In this document: in pieces, positions 59,791 through 64,000 of the stretch
Layout of the letters: every line of letters begins with the position of its first letter
Numbering within the stretch: the stretch's first letter is position 1
DNA from: Balneolaceae bacterium
GTDB lineage: Bacteria > Bacteroidota > Rhodothermia > Balneolales > Balneolaceae
Direction of reading: 5' to 3'
Length of the DNA stretch: 64,000 nucleotides
Assembly (NCBI GenBank): GCA_047921075.1
Contig: JBLRWS010000002.1
Coordinates: 4,662 to 68,661 of the forward strand
Notes under the pieces: model-generated
What the model was told of the DNA's origin: nothing
Database searches by the model: none
Seen by the model: the letters and a program-made list of their open reading frames with translations, nothing else
Translations under genes and position numbers: made by a program

Positions 59791-62700
59791 ATGAAGTGGT
59801 TATGGCTGCCTCTATGCATGGTTTTGGCCATCGGCATACTGCCCCATAAAATCACTGCACAGTCGCTGGAGCAACGGTTCAATGAGGTTTTTGAACAGTA
59901 CCACTTTCTGGACGCCAACGAGGTGATTGACCGGGTTAACACGCTGAAAGAAGAGAGCTGTGCCCTGCCCGATCATAAAACGATCTGCTTTCGATCGTAC
60001 GACATACTGGTTCGTTACCACACCGTTGATTCGCGGTACGAAAAGGCTGAGCAGTTGCTGAATGAAATGAAAGAGCAACTGTCAGAAACTGAGGACCGCC
60101 CCACACACGAAGCACTCTACCTTTCGCGCTCTCTCATTTTTCTGAACATCATGAATCGCCTGGACGAAACGCCGGCCTATCAGGAGCGTCTAACGGAAAT
60201 TCTAAACAATCATCGAGACTTTTTGGATGTCGACATACTGCTACAGGTTAATAATTCACTGGGTTATAGTGAGCATCACAACGGCAACTACTCCAATGCG
60301 CTGGCGTGGTACAAGAATGCGTTGGATGAGGCCGGCCGGGCATCCTCTACCAATGAGCTGACCGCGATAAGACTTCGAGTACACAACAATCTTGGAGTTA
60401 CCTACACGAGCATGTCGGAATTGGAGCTCGCAAGGGAACAGTACGAACGGTCGCTTGAATTAACCCACGCCTTGTATGGCAGCAAACATCAGCAAATGAT
60501 TCTGCTGTACAATAACCTCGGATCGTTACTGTACCGGCAGGGGAACGCCGAACGTGCGGGGGATTATTTTCTTCAGTCGGCAGCTGCCGCCATTGATATT
60601 ATGGGTCCGGAAAGCAGCCAGGTGGCAACGGCATATAACAATGCCGGAGTAGCTTTTTATACTCTCGGAAATTACACCCGGGCAGCCACGTATCTGGAGG
60701 AGGCGCAACGGGTAAAAGAGTCTATTTACGGCATGGAGCATATGGAAACAGCCGTGGGATATCACAATCTTGGAACCATCTATCTCCAAAACAATGAGGT
60801 AGAGACAGCCGAACAAAATTTCATGCGCTCGATCGAGGTACGTCGCGCCATTTTTGGTGATGATCATCCCGATCTGATTGCGCCTCTTTTAAGTCTCGGT
60901 TCTTTTTACCGGGACCAAGGCCAGCCCGGCCGGGCGCTGCGTATGTACCGGGAAGCAGAACAGATCGGCTTACTCCGGTTGGGTGCCGGGCATCCAACCG
61001 TGATGGAAATACATACTCTTCTTGCAGGGGTTTATGCTACAATGGGTGATCCCGATATGGCAGCCAATTATTATCGCGGAGCAATAGAAGGCGTGTTGCC
61101 CGGTATCCGCTTTGAACAGCCGCTGGAGGTGGCAGGAATCATACAAAAGCCGGGCGAGCTGTTGCAGGCGTTTCACGGGCTGGCCGGTGCATTGCAACAG
61201 GCGGGCGAACCCGAACACGCACTGCAGGTATACCGGCGCGGTTCAGAGGTGATGGACTATGTGCAACGGACCGTTCGCAGTGAGGCGTCTTCACAGGCCA
61301 TTCTCAACCGTAATTTCCAACTGTATACCGACGCGATTCATGTACTCTACGAACTGGTGGAAAATGATGGAAACGAGCGCTGGAAGCGGGATCTATTCGA
61401 TTTTTCAGAACGCAGCCGGTCTCGTTTTGCCCACGCGCTGATTCGCGAAGTAGAGGCGAAATCGTACGCAAATGTTTCGGATGATCTGCTTGCACAAGAG
61501 CGTGAAATGATTGCAGAACTGGCTTCGCTGCAGCAACAACTGGCAGAGGCGTTAACTGCCGATGCGCACATGGACGAATCGGAAGAGGTGAGGAATCTAC
61601 GGCGGGCCATTTTCGAAAAAAGGTCCAGACAGGAGCAGTTTCTCACCGAACTTGAACAGACGGTACCGGAGTACTATCGGTTGAAATACGATTCGCGGCG
61701 AGCAGTGGTTGAGGATGTGCAAGGCCGGCTCTCGGCTGATGAACGGTTCTTGTCGTACGTGGTAACGGAGCAAGCGGTCTATGCGATGGTTATTGGCCGC
61801 GATTTTTTTGATGCGAAGAAGGTTACCGGCACCCACACCCTTGATGAACAGGTTCCGGCTCTCCGGCATGCGGTGTTGCAGGAAGATGCGGACGCTTACA
61901 TCAGCCTCGCACGTTCGCTGTATGCTAAACTTATGGAACCTCTGGAGGAGTGGATTGAAGGACACTCACTGATCATCTCTGCCGATGGGGTCCTGCATCA
62001 CCTGCCATTCGATTTGCTGCTTACCGAAGCCCCCACAGGATTCTCCTATCACCAGCTTCCATATCTTCTGCATCGCCAAGCCGTATCGTATGTGCCATCG
62101 GCATCGATGTTTATGTCGCTGCAGGATCGACGTGTCGCAAGCCCGAGAAATCTCTATTCAACAGCTCCGTTTTATCTCGAATCGGATGATGGTACGCAGC
62201 CCGCCATGCTCCCCACTACCTACCGCGATCGGCCATTTTCCCCACTACTGCTCAGCGGCTTCGAAACGAATAAAATAGCCGAAGCATTTTCGGAACGCCG
62301 CCATTGGCTCGATTACCTGCGGCGTCCGCATCGGGTTACGGTGAAACAGGGTCCAGAAGCTGTAAAAGCGTCATTTTTATCGGAGGGTATAGAGTCGTAC
62401 AACTTTATCCATCTGGCTACTCATGCAGTAATCAATGAAGAACAACCGGAGCTGTCGGCTATTGCGTTTTATCCTGAAGAGGAAGAGCACATGCTCTATG
62501 TGGATGATATTTACGCTCTGAGCCTGAATGCCGATCTGGTGACCCTCAGCGCCTGCGACACGGGTGGTGGAACGCTCGCACGCGGAGAGGGGATCGTTGG
62601 GTTTACGCGTGCTTTTATGTATGCCGGTGCAGCAAACCTGAACGTATCGCTGTGGCGGGTGAGTGATGTGGCCTCCTCCCGGCTGATGGTACAGTTCTAT

Positions 62701-62823
62701 AATCATGTGATGGCGGGTCGGCCCTACAGCGAGAGCCTTCGTCTGGCTAAGCTTGCCATGATCCAAAATCCCGATCTGGCCGCACCCGCTCACTGGGCAG
62801 CGTTTGTGCTGTACGGGAGATAA
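59791..62823 (+). CDS. Signal-peptide-bearing TPR-repeat protein with a C-terminal CHAT (caspase-like) domain
   Basis: Signal peptide MKWLWLPLCMVLAIGILPHKITAQS is followed by multiple TPR_12-like repeats (NNLGVTY...YNNLGSLLYRQG...YHNLGTIYLQ). The C-terminus has HLATHAV and LVTLSACDTG, the CHAT His/Cys dyad. Confidence 0.85.
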   Translation: MKWLWLPLCMVLAIGILPHKITAQSLEQRFNEVFEQYHFLDANEVIDRVNTLKEESCALPDHKTICFRSYDILVRYHTVDSRYEKAEQLLNEMKEQLSETEDRPTHEALYLSRSLIFLNIMNRLDETPAYQERLTEILNNHRDFLDVDILLQVNNSLGYSEHHNGNYSNALAWYKNALDEAGRASSTNELTAIRLRVHNNLGVTYTSMSELELAREQYERSLELTHALYGSKHQQMILLYNNLGSLLYRQGNAERAGDYFLQSAAAAIDIMGPESSQVATAYNNAGVAFYTLGNYTRAATYLEEAQRVKESIYGMEHMETAVGYHNLGTIYLQNNEVETAEQNFMRSIEVRRAIFGDDHPDLIAPLLSLGSFYRDQGQPGRALRMYREAEQIGLLRLGAGHPTVMEIHTLLAGVYATMGDPDMAANYYRGAIEGVLPGIRFEQPLEVAGIIQKPGELLQAFHGLAGALQQAGEPEHALQVYRRGSEVMDYVQRTVRSEASSQAILNRNFQLYTDAIHVLYELVENDGNERWKRDLFDFSERSRSRFAHALIREVEAKSYANVSDDLLAQEREMIAELASLQQQLAEALTADAHMDESEEVRNLRRAIFEKRSRQEQFLTELEQTVPEYYRLKYDSRRAVVEDVQGRLSADERFLSYVVTEQAVYAMVIGRDFFDAKKVTGTHTLDEQVPALRHAVLQEDADAYISLARSLYAKLMEPLEEWIEGHSLIISADGVLHHLPFDLLLTEAPTGFSYHQLPYLLHRQAVSYVPSASMFMSLQDRRVASPRNLYSTAPFYLESDDGTQPAMLPTTYRDRPFSPLLLSGFETNKIAEAFSERRHWLDYLRRPHRVTVKQGPEAVKASFLSEGIESYNFIHLATHAVINEEQPELSAIAFYPEEEEHMLYVDDIYALSLNADLVTLSACDTGGGTLARGEGIVGFTRAFMYAGAANLNVSLWRVSDVASSRLMVQFYNHVMAGRPYSESLRLAKLAMIQNPDLAAPAHWAAFVLYGR

Positions 62824-62835
62824 ACTGTGTCCCGC

Positions 62836-64000
62836 TTATCTCGCCTGGCGCCGTGTTATGTCTATGAAGGCCTGATTATCGACAGCCGGCCGGCCGTCGT
62901 AATTGGCCACCTCGCCGGTGGATTGAAAGATCAACCTTGTGATGCGCGAGAGCTTCTCGAAATCAATTTTCTCAACCTCATCACCCGGCCGGTGATAATC
63001 TTCGTGCACACCGGTAAAGAAGAAAACAAACGGCACATTTAACCGTCCAAGGTTCCAGTGGTCGCTGCGTCGGTAAAACTGGTTGGGATCGGTTAGATCG
63101 TTATAGCGCGGATCGAGCCTCATGTCAACGCTGCGGTCGTTGGCAACACGCACCAAGCTGTCCAGTTCTGAGGAGATAATCTCCCCGCCAATCAGATACA
63201 CATAGTCCGTATCGCCGGCGGCAACATTTTGTTGATCACTTCGCCCGATCATATCGGCATTAAAGGCGGCCACGGTCTGTTCGATGGGAACCACGGGGTG
63301 GTCGGAGTAGTAGCGGGAGCCCAGCAGCCCCTTCTCTTCTGCGGTAACGTGAACCAGTAGTACACTGCGGTCGAGTCGCGATCCGGCTTCGGCCGCTTCC
63401 TGCAAAGCTGTAGCAATGGACATAAGTGCTACAGTGCCGCTGCCGTTATCATCAGCGCCGTTGTTTATTCGGTCGCCGGTTTCATCGGGGCCTGTAATGC
63501 CAATGTGGTCGTAATGGGCCATCAATACAACAACCTCCTCTTTCAACTCGGGATGACCGCCCTCAACATAGCCGATCACGTTGTTGGAAACCACTTCCGT
63601 CACGCCGGCATAAGGCGTATAATCGAGCGCGAATGGTGTGGCTTGCGGCTCAAAATCCCGGATTTGCTGCACCAGCTGCTCGCGATGGCCGGCCAGCTCA
63701 TCGGCTCCGCTCAGCCCGAGAAGTTCAGCCGCTTTTGAGGGGCGAATCATGGCATACACTTTTGGGAATCCGCCGGCGCCGTCAGAATCATCCAGGTACT
63801 TGAGGCGCATGCTCTCCGGTTGGCCAAAAAACTCAGCGTCTATTCCGGCTACTTCGTCAAACTCCTCGTCGGTCATGTCGGGGATGACCAGCACGCCACC
63901 CGCATCGGCTTGATTGAGCAACGCGCCCAGGCGGGCATTATTCGAGATACCGGGATTGACCAGTGTGTCACCATCCACCACGTAGGGAATGGTTTGATAA
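62836..64000 (-). CDS. M28-family aminopeptidase with a PA-like insert; the N-terminus runs off the window end
   Basis: MAHYDHIG, GADDNGSGT, HVTAEEKGLLGS and SDH are the M28 zinc ligands. The reading frame remains open upstream of the track's GTG at 63981, through to the window edge. Confidence 0.85.
   Translation of the reverse strand, partial: YQTIPYVVDGDTLVNPGISNNARLGALLNQADAGGVLVIPDMTDEEFDEVAGIDAEFFGQPESMRLKYLDDSDGAGGFPKVYAMIRPSKAAELLGLSGADELAGHREQLVQQIRDFEPQATPFALDYTPYAGVTEVVSNNVIGYVEGGHPELKEEVVVLMAHYDHIGITGPDETGDRINNGADDNGSGTVALMSIATALQEAAEAGSRLDRSVLLVHVTAEEKGLLGSRYYSDHPVVPIEQTVAAFNADMIGRSDQQNVAAGDTDYVYLIGGEIISSELDSLVRVANDRSVDMRLDPRYNDLTDPNQFYRRSDHWNLGRLNVPFVFFFTGVHEDYHRPGDEVEKIDFEKLSRITRLIFQSTGEVANYDGRPAVDNQAFIDITRRQAR

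Overview
This 64 kb window looks like core, origin-proximal chromosome of an FCB-group bacterium, probably Bacteroidota/Balneolota-like at about 50% GC. That taxonomic guess rests on the rpmB-rpmG-DUF4295 operon, a long S16, short-type Adk, and TAnnTTTG-like promoter elements. I see about 60 protein genes, nearly all recognisable housekeeping genes. They include ruvC-ruvA, fabI, ffh-rpsP-rimM-trmD-rplS, two adk genes, dtd, purM, mnmG-rsmG, gyrB-gyrA, rpmB-rpmG, tyrS, comEC, xseB, dxs, queA, mtgA and ftsY. Envelope and transport genes are also present: NRAMP, an RND pump, phosphatases, and M14/S9/M28 peptidases. There is one tRNA-Leu(CAG). I found no CRISPR array, integrase, transposase, prophage or obvious defence island, and no convincing novel multi-gene system. 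The most noteworthy signals are non-coding or single-gene. (1) Eight DnaA-box-like 9-mers, two of them perfect TTATCCACA, lie within about 290 bp of the dtd/purM spacer, making it a candidate oriC. (2) Two parS centromere sites, one a perfect TGTTTCACGTGAAACA, lie inside rsmG, which is followed by a WYL regulator instead of parAB. (3) A tandem array of about 120-nt units follows tRNA-Leu, each unit ending in a copy of the tRNA 3' end and carrying its own terminator hairpin. (4) A second adenylate kinase carries a lipoprotein signal peptide. (5) One gene looks like an eRF1/Pelota-like (baeRF-type) protein. (6) One gene fuses SCP2 to an R2-like ligand-binding oxidase. (7) One gene encodes a signal-peptide-bearing TPR-CHAT protein. 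All product calls come from motif recognition by eye; no searches were run. Start codons are less certain than stop codons.
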